This document shows, piece after piece, positions 27,593-35,817 of a stretch of 64,000 bases of DNA. The position numbers and the translations under genes were made by a program. Source of the DNA: an uncultured Alphaproteobacteria bacterium (GTDB lineage Bacteria > Pseudomonadota > Alphaproteobacteria > Caulobacterales > Hyphomonadaceae); NCBI GenBank assembly GCA_903842595.1, contig CAIMMO010000217.1, positions 588 to 64,587 on the forward strand, given 5' to 3'. The stretch's first letter is position 1. The number at the start of each line of letters is the position of its first letter. The notes below the pieces were generated by a model that was not told the DNA's origin, ran no database searches, and saw only the letters and a program-made list of their open reading frames with translations.

Positions 27593-28860
27593 TGCTCCGT
27601 CTCCGCAGCCGGTAGGGTTTCGTCCACGGGGCCCGTGGACTCCTTGAAGGTGATCTCGAGCCGGAAGCGCTCTGCGCCAGTCTGGGGATCCCGCACGACG
27701 GGCGAGGCGAACCGCGCCCCGGCGATGGCGTCGGACGCTTCGAAAGCTTCGACCAGCGTGGCGCTGTTTCCCGACAGGCCGGTCACGGTCACGGTTGGCC
27801 GTTCGTAGGCGAATTCCTCAAGCCAGCTTCCGTCAGGCAGCAGCGAGGCGATGATGTTGTAGATGCGCAGGAAGCCCAGCGGATCAGCCTGCTCGGCCGC
27901 CAGCTTCTCGATCCCGCCGATACCCTGCGTGACGCGTGTAGATATCTGCATGGCCTCAGCGGCGCCGACTTCGGCTGTCTCGATCAGTGTATCAGCGGCT
28001 GCGATGCGGCGTTGCTGCAGGTCGCGCCAGGCAAAGCCGGCAAACACTGCCGCGCCAACAAGAACAAGGCCAAGGATGCGGATCCCGGCTGATCCGCCGG
28101 ACTTGACCGCAGGCCGCATCGACGGGGGCAGAAGGTTATAGCCAACCCGGCCCATCGGCATCGCGCGGTCGGCCAGATCGATCGCCGAAAGCCTTATGCC
28201 GTAGCCCCGGTACAGCTCGTCGACCAGCACATCGATCGAGCCGCGCGGCGCCAGCGCCTGCGAAACGATGATCTCGCGTGCAGCGTCGTCTTCGCCGGTC
28301 ACAATGGAGTCCGCGTAGACCTCGTCGATCGTAAACGGCGTGTCAGACGCCATCTGGAGATTCATGATGTTCTGGACATGCGCCCGGGACGCGGCCGGAA
28401 GACGGCGCTCACGGCGCAGGGCTGCGTCTTCGGACAGAATGTATACGACGCCCGCCCTGGATATGCCCCGCGGGGTCTTTCCGCCCGGCACAAGCGGTAC
28501 GCCCGGCACGCCGGGTTTCGTTTTCAGGACAAGCTGACCGTCCACTTCCTGGACACTCGCCACCGGCCCACGCGTCTGGAGCGAGTTGCGCCAGCCCCCC
28601 GGCGTTAACGACACGAGTTCCTGACGCCACCAGGCGAAGAAATCGCGGATATTCGCGCCAAAGGACACGCTGGACGTGGCATCGTCTTCGCCTGCGCGAG
28701 CCGTATCGCGATCACCTTCACCGGTAACCGACACTGGCAAACTCCTCGACTTAACCACCAGCCATTCGGCGCCGGCCATGTGGACAGCGCAAGAAGTGTT
28801 CCAGCACTTCTTGCGATGCGTCTGGCTGGCCTTGAACTTGCTGGCTGAATCCCGGTCCAT
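27589..28860 (-). CDS. GspL-like / PilN-domain assembly protein (start uncertain)
   Basis: Maximal ORF of 423 aa. Contains IRDFFAWWRQELVSL, a single TM ILGLVLVGAAVFAGFAW, and a PilN/GspL-like periplasmic C-domain. The first ~60 codons are Arg/Cys-rich and span a perfect palindrome. The true start is probably downstream, e.g. GTG 28668. Confidence 0.65.
   Translation of the reverse strand: MDRDSASKFKASQTHRKKCWNTSCAVHMAGAEWLVVKSRSLPVSVTGEGDRDTARAGEDDATSSVSFGANIRDFFAWWRQELVSLTPGGWRNSLQTRGPVASVQEVDGQLVLKTKPGVPGVPLVPGGKTPRGISRAGVVYILSEDAALRRERRLPAASRAHVQNIMNLQMASDTPFTIDEVYADSIVTGEDDAAREIIVSQALAPRGSIDVLVDELYRGYGIRLSAIDLADRAMPMGRVGYNLLPPSMRPAVKSGGSAGIRILGLVLVGAAVFAGFAWRDLQQRRIAAADTLIETAEVGAAEAMQISTRVTQGIGGIEKLAAEQADPLGFLRIYNIIASLLPDGSWLEEFAYERPTVTVTGLSGNSATLVEAFEASDAIAGARFASPVVRDPQTGAERFRLEITFKESTGPVDETLPAAETEQ
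28788..28815. promoter_or_regulatory. perfect 11-bp inverted repeat in the divergent gspL-like/gspE control region
   Basis: CGCAAGAAGTG-ttccag-CACTTCTTGCG, verified base by base. Candidate operator or 5'-UTR hairpin. Confidence 0.45.
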
Positions 28861-28889
28861 GCGCCTATAGATGCGTCGGCCTGGAGGCA

Positions 28890-30590
28890 GTGGCGACAGT
28901 GACCAGCAAGGATCGTTCAGACCAGCAGGTGGCGGACGCCGTCAGCTGGCTCATCGCAAACGGACTTCTGCCGCAGGAGAAGCACGCCCGCGCCGTCGCG
29001 ATGGCGCAGCATTCCTCCGAACGGATGGACCAGCTCCTTTTGAAGCTCGGTCTCGTGAACGAACAGCATCTCGCACAGGCCCTGTCGGTGGCCTGCGACC
29101 TTCCCCTTGTCCCGCGTGAAGCTTTTCCGGCGGATGCCCCTTTCAACGGGCTGCTGCAGACGGACTATCTGCGTGCGCAGCGCATCGCCCCACTGCGCAT
29201 GGCGGACGGATCGGTCCAGCTTGTCATGGCAGACCCCTTCAACGCCGAGGCCATAGCGGCGGTCGCGCTGAAAACAGGGCTGCGGGTACGGCCCGCCGTC
29301 GGCGTCGGCGGCGAAATCGATGTCTGGCTCGTCGCCACTGCCGTGGCGCCAAGACAGGAGCGGGACGTATCCGCCGCCGAGACCGGCGGCGCGGACTCCG
29401 ACCTCCAGCGCCTGCGTGATCTTGCCGGCGGAGCGCCCGTCATTCGCTGGGTCGACCAGATGTTCGAGAGCGCAGTTGCGGCTGGCGCATCCGACATCCA
29501 TCTCGAGCCCGGATCGCGCGGCATGCGCGTGCGCCTGCGTGTAGATGGCCATCTGCGCGAAATTCCACCGCCAGACGCCAGCCTGACGGAGGCGACGACC
29601 TCCCGGATCAAGATTCTCGCCAAGCTCGACATCGCTGAACGCCGCCTGCCGCAAGACGGCAGAACCCGCATCACCATTCAGGGTCGCGAGATCGACCTGC
29701 GCATCGCCACCTCACCGACATTGCATGGCGAAGGCGCCGTGCTCCGCCTGCTCGACAAGTCTGCCGCCGCCCTGTCGCTGGACGTACTCGGCCTGTCGCC
29801 GGACACGGTCGAGAAAATCCGCCGCTCGATCCGACGCCCGAATGGCGTGACGCTGGTCACCGGTCCGACGGGCTCGGGCAAGACAACGACACTCTATTCT
29901 GCGCTGCGTGATATCCTTACGCCGGAGATGAAATTCGTGTCGGTGGAAGACCCGATCGAATACCAGATCGACGGCGTCTCTCAGATTCAGGTCCGCCCGA
30001 CGATCGACCTGACCTTCGCCAAGGCGCTTCGCTCCATTCTTCGCCAGGACCCCGACGTGCTCATGATCGGTGAGATCCGCGACAGGGAAACCGCCACCAT
30101 CGCCATCGAAGCGGCGCTGACCGGGCATCAAGTCCTGTCCACGCTCCACACCAACAATGCGCCCGCTACCGTCACACGCCTGATGGAAATGGGCGTGCCG
30201 GAATACCTGATCGCCTCCACCGTCAGCTCCATCTCCGCCCAGCGGCTGGTGCGCAATCTATGTCCCTCCTGCGCCGAGCCGTATGCGCCATCCGCAGCGC
30301 TGCTGGCGAATCTGCCGGGCGCGAAATCCGCCAGCGATGCTCAGTACCGCAAGCCCAGGGGCTGCAGCGCCTGCCGCGGCACCGGCTATCGCGGCCGGGC
30401 CAGTATCGCCGAGATCATGATGATCTCCGACACAATGCGCGACCTGATCCTGCGCCGCGCGCCGGAGCGCGACATTCGGAACAAGGCGATCGACGAGGGC
30501 ATGACGCCGCTGCTTGCCGATGGCCTGCGCCGCGCCGCCGATGGACTGACCTCGCTGGATGATGTCATTCGGGTAGCGGGGCTGGACTGA
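28890..30590 (+). CDS. gspE: type II secretion ATPase GspE with N-terminal T2SSE_N/MshEN-like domain
   Basis: 566 aa. Walker A GPTGSGKTTT, Asp box, Walker B DPDVLMIGEIRD, His box LTGHQVLSTLHTN, and a tetracysteine CPSC...CSAC. Confidence 0.9.
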   Translation: MATVTSKDRSDQQVADAVSWLIANGLLPQEKHARAVAMAQHSSERMDQLLLKLGLVNEQHLAQALSVACDLPLVPREAFPADAPFNGLLQTDYLRAQRIAPLRMADGSVQLVMADPFNAEAIAAVALKTGLRVRPAVGVGGEIDVWLVATAVAPRQERDVSAAETGGADSDLQRLRDLAGGAPVIRWVDQMFESAVAAGASDIHLEPGSRGMRVRLRVDGHLREIPPPDASLTEATTSRIKILAKLDIAERRLPQDGRTRITIQGREIDLRIATSPTLHGEGAVLRLLDKSAAALSLDVLGLSPDTVEKIRRSIRRPNGVTLVTGPTGSGKTTTLYSALRDILTPEMKFVSVEDPIEYQIDGVSQIQVRPTIDLTFAKALRSILRQDPDVLMIGEIRDRETATIAIEAALTGHQVLSTLHTNNAPATVTRLMEMGVPEYLIASTVSSISAQRLVRNLCPSCAEPYAPSAALLANLPGAKSASDAQYRKPRGCSACRGTGYRGRASIAEIMMISDTMRDLILRRAPERDIRNKAIDEGMTPLLADGLRRAADGLTSLDDVIRVAGLD

Positions 30591-31783
30591 TGCAGGACTA
30601 CAGTTTCAAGGCCTTTGCCAAGGACGGTGCGCTGGTCGCCGACCAGATCGCCGCGCCGAACCGCGCAGACGCCGTGCGCCAGCTTGCAGCTCGCGGTCTT
30701 GTCGCGTTCGAGGTCAATGAGGGCGCGGCGCGGCGCGCTGGCCGCCGCAGCAGGATGTCGCTCAAGACGCTTGCTGCTTTCTGCCGCCAGATGGCGACAA
30801 TGGTCGAGAGCGACCTCCCGATCGACGACGCGCTGCAGTTGCTGTCGCGCGACACGGACAAGAAGGCTGCAGCGCTGGCTGCCGGGCTACGCAAGGCTGT
30901 CATGGGCGGGTCGACGCTGTCTTCTGCGCTGTCATCCTATCCAGAAGCCGTGCCCGACGTGATGATCGGGCTGATCGCGGCCGGCGAAGCCGGCGGCGCC
31001 CTCGCGCCGGTCTTTCACCGGCTGGCAGATGGCTTCGAGATGCAACTGCGCACGCAGGACGCGCTGCGCTCGGCTCTGATCTATCCGGCCGTGCTCGGCG
31101 TCACAGCGCTTGCCTCGCTCGTCCTCGTGCTGACCGTGGTTGCTCCGGCCCTGACGCCCGTATTCGCCGGCGCAGGCGATCGTACCCCCCTGTCAGCAAG
31201 AATTCTGATCGGCGCCTCCGAGGCATTGCGCACCTACTGGTGGATCGGCGTCCTCGGACTCCTGTTGGCCGTCCTGCTGATCGCCTCAAGCTTCCGGACG
31301 CCTGCTGGCCGCGCAGGTCTCGCAGGGCTTGCCATCAAGGCGCCCTTCATAGGCCCGATCGTTACAACGACCGAAACATCGCGCTTCCTGCATTCACTGG
31401 CGGCGCTGCTCGACAATGGCGTCAGCGTCGTGAATGCGCTGGAGGTTGCTCGCAAGGGGACGAGCAATCCGGTGGTGGCCCGCGAAATAGCCGCGATTAC
31501 CAGCCGCGTGCGGCTGGGCGAACGGCTCGGTGACCTGCTGGCCAGATCGAAGGTGTTCCCGGCACTGGCCGGACAACTGGCGGCGGTCGGTGAGCGTTCA
31601 GGCAGTCTCGCAAAGATGCTGCGCCACGGCGCCCGCGTGATGGAGGAAGCTGCACAACGCGATGTGAAGCAACTGCTCGTGGTCGCCACGCCGGCGCTGA
31701 CAATCATTCTCGGCGTGCTGGTGGGCGGTGTCGTGCTGTCGCTCCTCAGCGCGATCCTGAGCGTCAACGATCTGGCGATCTGA
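30590..31783 (+). CDS. gspF: type II secretion inner-membrane platform protein GspF
   Basis: 397 aa. Duplicated GspF domains with 3 TM segments. The start overlaps the gspE stop (TGATG). Confidence 0.9.
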   Translation: MQDYSFKAFAKDGALVADQIAAPNRADAVRQLAARGLVAFEVNEGAARRAGRRSRMSLKTLAAFCRQMATMVESDLPIDDALQLLSRDTDKKAAALAAGLRKAVMGGSTLSSALSSYPEAVPDVMIGLIAAGEAGGALAPVFHRLADGFEMQLRTQDALRSALIYPAVLGVTALASLVLVLTVVAPALTPVFAGAGDRTPLSARILIGASEALRTYWWIGVLGLLLAVLLIASSFRTPAGRAGLAGLAIKAPFIGPIVTTTETSRFLHSLAALLDNGVSVVNALEVARKGTSNPVVAREIAAITSRVRLGERLGDLLARSKVFPALAGQLAAVGERSGSLAKMLRHGARVMEEAAQRDVKQLLVVATPALTIILGVLVGGVVLSLLSAILSVNDLAI

Positions 31784-31790
31784 GGCCGCC

Positions 31791-32288
31791 ATGAACAAGA
31801 TGGCGCCAGAAGGAAAGGTTTCCACCAGACAGGGCGAGGCAGGCTTTTCGCTGCTTGAAATCGTGATCGCTCTGGCCATCCTCGCACTGGCCGTGGCGCT
31901 CGTCGGGGCGGCATTCGGCCGATCAAGCGTCGGCTTCCGCTTTGATGCCGCCGCCCAGGAGCTGGCGCTTAATCTGCGCGAGGCTCAGGCGAGGGCGCTG
32001 CGCTCCGGCAGGGATGTCGCGCTGGTCATCGATGTCGATACGCGCCTCTACCGGCTGCAGGATGATCCGCAGGTGCAGCTACCGGAAGGCATTGTCCTAA
32101 ATGTCATCTCGGCGGGCGAGGTGATGGCGTCATCGCGCCGGCCCGTCATAAGCTTTGGCCCCGATGGCGGCTCCACCGGCGGCGCGGTCAGGCTGTCGCT
32201 CGAGGATCGCAGCACAACGATCAGCATCGACTGGCTGACCGGCGCCGTAACGACAGCCTCAGGAGGCGGCGATGCGCCCCAGACCTGA
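31791..32288 (+). CDS. gspH: minor pseudopilin GspH (putative)
   Basis: 165 aa. Prepilin leader ...RQGEAG/FSLLEIVIAL. The body (AAAQELALNLREAQARALRSGRDVALVID) resembles the GspH/FimT fold and lacks the conserved GspG core. Confidence 0.65.
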   Translation: MNKMAPEGKVSTRQGEAGFSLLEIVIALAILALAVALVGAAFGRSSVGFRFDAAAQELALNLREAQARALRSGRDVALVIDVDTRLYRLQDDPQVQLPEGIVLNVISAGEVMASSRRPVISFGPDGGSTGGAVRLSLEDRSTTISIDWLTGAVTTASGGGDAPQT

Positions 32289-32676
32289 AGGCGAAGCAGG
32301 CTTCACCCTGCTCGAAGTTCTCGTGGCCTTCGTGATTCTTACCCTGGTCGTCACGGCCTGCCTTCAGGTCTATTCGCGCAGCGCCGAAGCAGAGGCCCGC
32401 GCCCGCTGGTCCGAAAGGTCCAACGCGCTGCTTCGCGACCGGCTAGCCGCATTCGAGACGATCGGGCTGCAACCTGGACAATCCCGACGGGGCCAGACAG
32501 GCGACGGCTTGACGTGGACGATCACCGCGAGCCAGCCAATCATCGGCAACGGCAACTCTGCCAACGACCGCGCCGTCATCTGGATCACGGCCAGCGTCAC
32601 CGACCCGGCAGGCGTCACCTCCACCTCTTCCACCGCGCGTTGGCGCGGCGAAGTCATCGCCAGGGTGGCGGAATGA
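32272..32676 (+). CDS. gspI: minor pseudopilin GspI (putative)
   Basis: 134 aa. Leader MRPRPEGEAG/FTLLEVLVAF. Size and position match GspI. Overlaps the gspH end by 17 nt. Confidence 0.7.
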   Translation: MRPRPEGEAGFTLLEVLVAFVILTLVVTACLQVYSRSAEAEARARWSERSNALLRDRLAAFETIGLQPGQSRRGQTGDGLTWTITASQPIIGNGNSANDRAVIWITASVTDPAGVTSTSSTARWRGEVIARVAE

Positions 32677-33308
32677 AACGCGTACCCCATGGCGAGGCCG
32701 GCTTTTCGCTTCTCGAAACGCTTCTCGGTCTGGCGCTCACCGCGATGATCGGTGTGCTGATGATGGGCTCCCTGCAGATGGGCACGCGCGTGTGGGAGCG
32801 GCAGAAGGCCGGCGCACTGCCGGGCGAGGAGCAGCTCGTGCTTGGCCAGACCAGCGAATGGCTGGCGCAGGCCATGCCGGTCAGGCTGCGTAGTCTGGAC
32901 AGTACGCCCTTTGCCCCCTTCTTCGGCGACGCCAATCGCGCCTCGTTCATCTATTCCGCCCCCGGCCTTGGCGCCTCGCCGGGCTTGTACGCTGTGGATC
33001 TGGAGTTGATGGAGGCCGATGGCTGCGAGGGCGGTCGCAGGCTCATGATGCGCATCGCGCGCATGGTTCCGGCTGACGACCCGGAGGCGAGGCAGGACGC
33101 CGCACCGCAGACCCGAGAACTCGCGCGCTGCCTCAGAGCGGCGTCCTTCACATTCTGGGGAACCTTGACCGACCAGGCGAACGCATCCTGGCACGACGAC
33201 TGGCAGAACCAGCCGAAACTGCCTTCGGTCGTGCGCCTGCGATCAATGTCGCCGGAAGGCATTGAGCAGGTGGTTCTGACACAGCGACTTCTGAACGCAC
33301 AATTCTAG
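32673..33308 (+). CDS. gspJ: minor pseudopilin GspJ (putative)
   Basis: Trimmed to ATG 32673 (ATGA overlap with gspI). Leader MKRVPHGEAG/FSLLETLLGL. 211 aa. Confidence 0.65.
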   Translation: MKRVPHGEAGFSLLETLLGLALTAMIGVLMMGSLQMGTRVWERQKAGALPGEEQLVLGQTSEWLAQAMPVRLRSLDSTPFAPFFGDANRASFIYSAPGLGASPGLYAVDLELMEADGCEGGRRLMMRIARMVPADDPEARQDAAPQTRELARCLRAASFTFWGTLTDQANASWHDDWQNQPKLPSVVRLRSMSPEGIEQVVLTQRLLNAQF

Positions 33309-33441
33309 CGGCTGACGTAGGGTCATGGATCTCGCGGCTTCGACCACACCCGCCTCCGCTTGCCGCGCTCGACAATTCGCTACAGGGTGCGGCCACGCGT
33401 AACGACGGTCACAAGAGCGGACGCGAAATCGGGAGGTCGAC

Positions 33442-35175
33442 ATGACGCCGCTTGAACAGGGTTCACGGGAAGAGCGCACATTCGATGCGATCGTGGTCGG
33501 CAGCGGCATCGCCGGCGGATGGGCGGCCAAAGAGCTTTGCGAAAGGGGCCTGAAGACCCTCGTGCTCGAGCGCGGGCGTCAGGTCAAGCATGTCGAGGAC
33601 TACACGACCTTCAACAAGGACCCATGGGACTTCCGCTACGCTGGCGGCCGCACGCCGCAGGACGAAGTGGAGAGGCACTACTTCAAGCAGAAGCGCACTG
33701 GCTACACCGTCAACGACCAGTGGAACCACTGGTTCGTGAAGGATGACGAGCATCCCTATACCGAGGTGAACCGCTTCGACTGGATCCGCGGCTACCATGT
33801 CGGCGGCCGCTCGATTACCTGGGGACGACAGAGCTATCGCTGGAGCGATCTCGATTTCGAGGCCAATGCGAAGGAAGGCGTCGCCGTCGACTGGCCCATC
33901 CGTTATGCCGACCTTGCGCCGTGGTACGACCATGTCGAACGCTGGATGGGCGTCAGCGGTTCGAATGAGGGATTGCCGCAACTGCCAGACGGCGTGTTCC
34001 AGCCGCCCATGGAGTTCAACGTCGTCGAGAAGTCGTTCAAGGGGAAGGTCGAGAACAAGTTCCCCGAGCGGCGCGTCACAATGGGGCGCACCGCTCACCT
34101 GACGAAGCCGACCGACGAGCAAATGAAGATCGGCCGGGGCACCTGCCAGACCAGAAACCTCTGCATGCGCGGCTGCGCCTTCGGGGCCTACTTCTCATCG
34201 AACGCCGCGACCCTGATCGCCGCCGACCATACCGGCAACATGACACTCGCGCCCGACTCGATCGTCACTGAGGTGATCTTCGACCCGAAGGCGAACAAGG
34301 CGACCGGCGTCCGCGTCAAGAACGGCAATACCGGCGAGATGACGGAATATTTCGCGAAGGTGATCTTTCTCAATGCGTCTTCGCTGGCCACAACCTGGAT
34401 CATGCTCCACTCGAAGAGCGACCGCTTCCCGAACGGTCTCGGCAACGACTCCGATGAACTTGGTCGCAATGTGATGGACCACCACTTCCTCGCCGGCGCA
34501 CAGTCCGAGGTGGACGGATATGACGATCGCTACTACGCGGGCCGGCGGCCGACGGGCATCTACGTGCCGCGCTTCCGAAACCTCGGCGATAGCGGCACGA
34601 AACAGAAGGACTTCACACGCGGCTATGGCTATCAGGGCGGCGCCAGCCGGTCGGGCTGGCAGCGGCTGGTCGCAGAGATAGGTTTCGGTCGCGAGCTGAA
34701 GGAGGAAATCTCCGAGCCCGGCAACTGGACGATGGGCCTGACCGGCTTCGGCGAGATGCTGCCGTACCGCGACAACCGCGTCTGGCTGAACAACGATGTG
34801 AAGGACGTGAACGGCCTGCCGACGCTGACCATGGACGTCACGATCCGTCAGAACGAACTCAACATGCGCAAGGACATGCAGGCTGCCGCCGTCGAGATGA
34901 TGGAGACAGCAGGCTTCAGGAATGTTCGCCCATATGACCGTCCCTATGCGCCCGGTCTCGGCATCCACGAGATGGGCACGGCGCGCATGGGCCGCGACCC
35001 GAAAACGTCGGTGCTCAACGCCTATAACCAGATCCACGCCTGCAAGAACGTCTACGTGACTGACGGCGCAGCGATGACATCGGCTGCATGCGTGAACCCC
35101 TCGTTGACCTACATGGCGCTGACAGTGCGCGCGGCGGACCACGCCGTGAACGCGCTGAAGCGCGGCGAACTCTAG
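33442..35175 (+). CDS. GMC-family FAD oxidoreductase (large subunit, no signal peptide)
   Basis: 577 aa. FAD fold FDAIVVGSGIAGGWAAKELCERGLKTLVLERG and a C-terminal GMC region (IHEMGTARMG...VTDGAAM). GGGAGG SD. Confidence 0.85.
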   Translation: MTPLEQGSREERTFDAIVVGSGIAGGWAAKELCERGLKTLVLERGRQVKHVEDYTTFNKDPWDFRYAGGRTPQDEVERHYFKQKRTGYTVNDQWNHWFVKDDEHPYTEVNRFDWIRGYHVGGRSITWGRQSYRWSDLDFEANAKEGVAVDWPIRYADLAPWYDHVERWMGVSGSNEGLPQLPDGVFQPPMEFNVVEKSFKGKVENKFPERRVTMGRTAHLTKPTDEQMKIGRGTCQTRNLCMRGCAFGAYFSSNAATLIAADHTGNMTLAPDSIVTEVIFDPKANKATGVRVKNGNTGEMTEYFAKVIFLNASSLATTWIMLHSKSDRFPNGLGNDSDELGRNVMDHHFLAGAQSEVDGYDDRYYAGRRPTGIYVPRFRNLGDSGTKQKDFTRGYGYQGGASRSGWQRLVAEIGFGRELKEEISEPGNWTMGLTGFGEMLPYRDNRVWLNNDVKDVNGLPTLTMDVTIRQNELNMRKDMQAAAVEMMETAGFRNVRPYDRPYAPGLGIHEMGTARMGRDPKTSVLNAYNQIHACKNVYVTDGAAMTSAACVNPSLTYMALTVRAADHAVNALKRGEL

Positions 35176-35189
35176 GACGGAGACCGGAA

Positions 35190-35783
35190 ATGATGGACCG
35201 TCGCGAACTTCTCTACCGGGCTTCGATGCTGCTCGGAGGCGTGATCACCACAAGCGCCGCCGCCGGGGTTCTTGCCGGGTGCACAACAGCGCCTGACGGG
35301 ATGGGCGAGGTGAAGTCAGGCTTTCTCACCGCTGAGGAAACGGCGACCGTGAGTGCGATGGCCGAGCAGATCATCCCGCGCACGGACACACCCGGCGCGC
35401 TGGATGTCGGCGTGCCCGCCTTCATCGACCGCATGCTGTCTGGCTACTACACCGACTACGAACGCGGCATCGTCCGTACGGGGCTCGCTTCAGCGAACGC
35501 AGACGCAGCCAAGCTCCGCGGAAAATCGTTCGCCCAGCTGACGGCTGATGAGCAGGTCGCTCTGATGCGTGAATACGACAAAGCTCAGTTCGACCAGACA
35601 CGCGCAAATGCTAACGTACAGGGAGCATCGCCCCACTACTTCAGGCTGGTGAAGGAGCTTACCATCATCGGCTTCTGCATGTCGGAGGCCGGCGCGACGA
35701 AGCTGATGAACTATGCGCAGAGCCCCGGTCCGTTCCGCGGTGATGTGCCGTTGAACGAAGTTGGAAAAGCCTCGGCGCTGTGA
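35190..35783 (+). CDS. Tat-signal small subunit (gluconate 2-dehydrogenase subunit 3-like)
   Basis: Trimmed to ATG 35190. The N-terminus MMDRRELLYRASMLLGGVITTSAAAGVLAGC has a twin-Arg and a lipobox-like LAGC. About 197 aa. Immediately follows the GMC gene. Confidence 0.7.
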   Translation: MMDRRELLYRASMLLGGVITTSAAAGVLAGCTTAPDGMGEVKSGFLTAEETATVSAMAEQIIPRTDTPGALDVGVPAFIDRMLSGYYTDYERGIVRTGLASANADAAKLRGKSFAQLTADEQVALMREYDKAQFDQTRANANVQGASPHYFRLVKELTIIGFCMSEAGATKLMNYAQSPGPFRGDVPLNEVGKASAL

Positions 35784-35817
35784 CGACGCGGCCGAACTTC
35801 CATCAAGGAAAAAGGCC

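Noticed and set aside
28676-28870. A + strand 64-aa ORF inside the divergent T2SS control region.
   Set aside because: It has no SD, poor coding signature and spans the palindrome. It is better explained as non-coding regulatory DNA.
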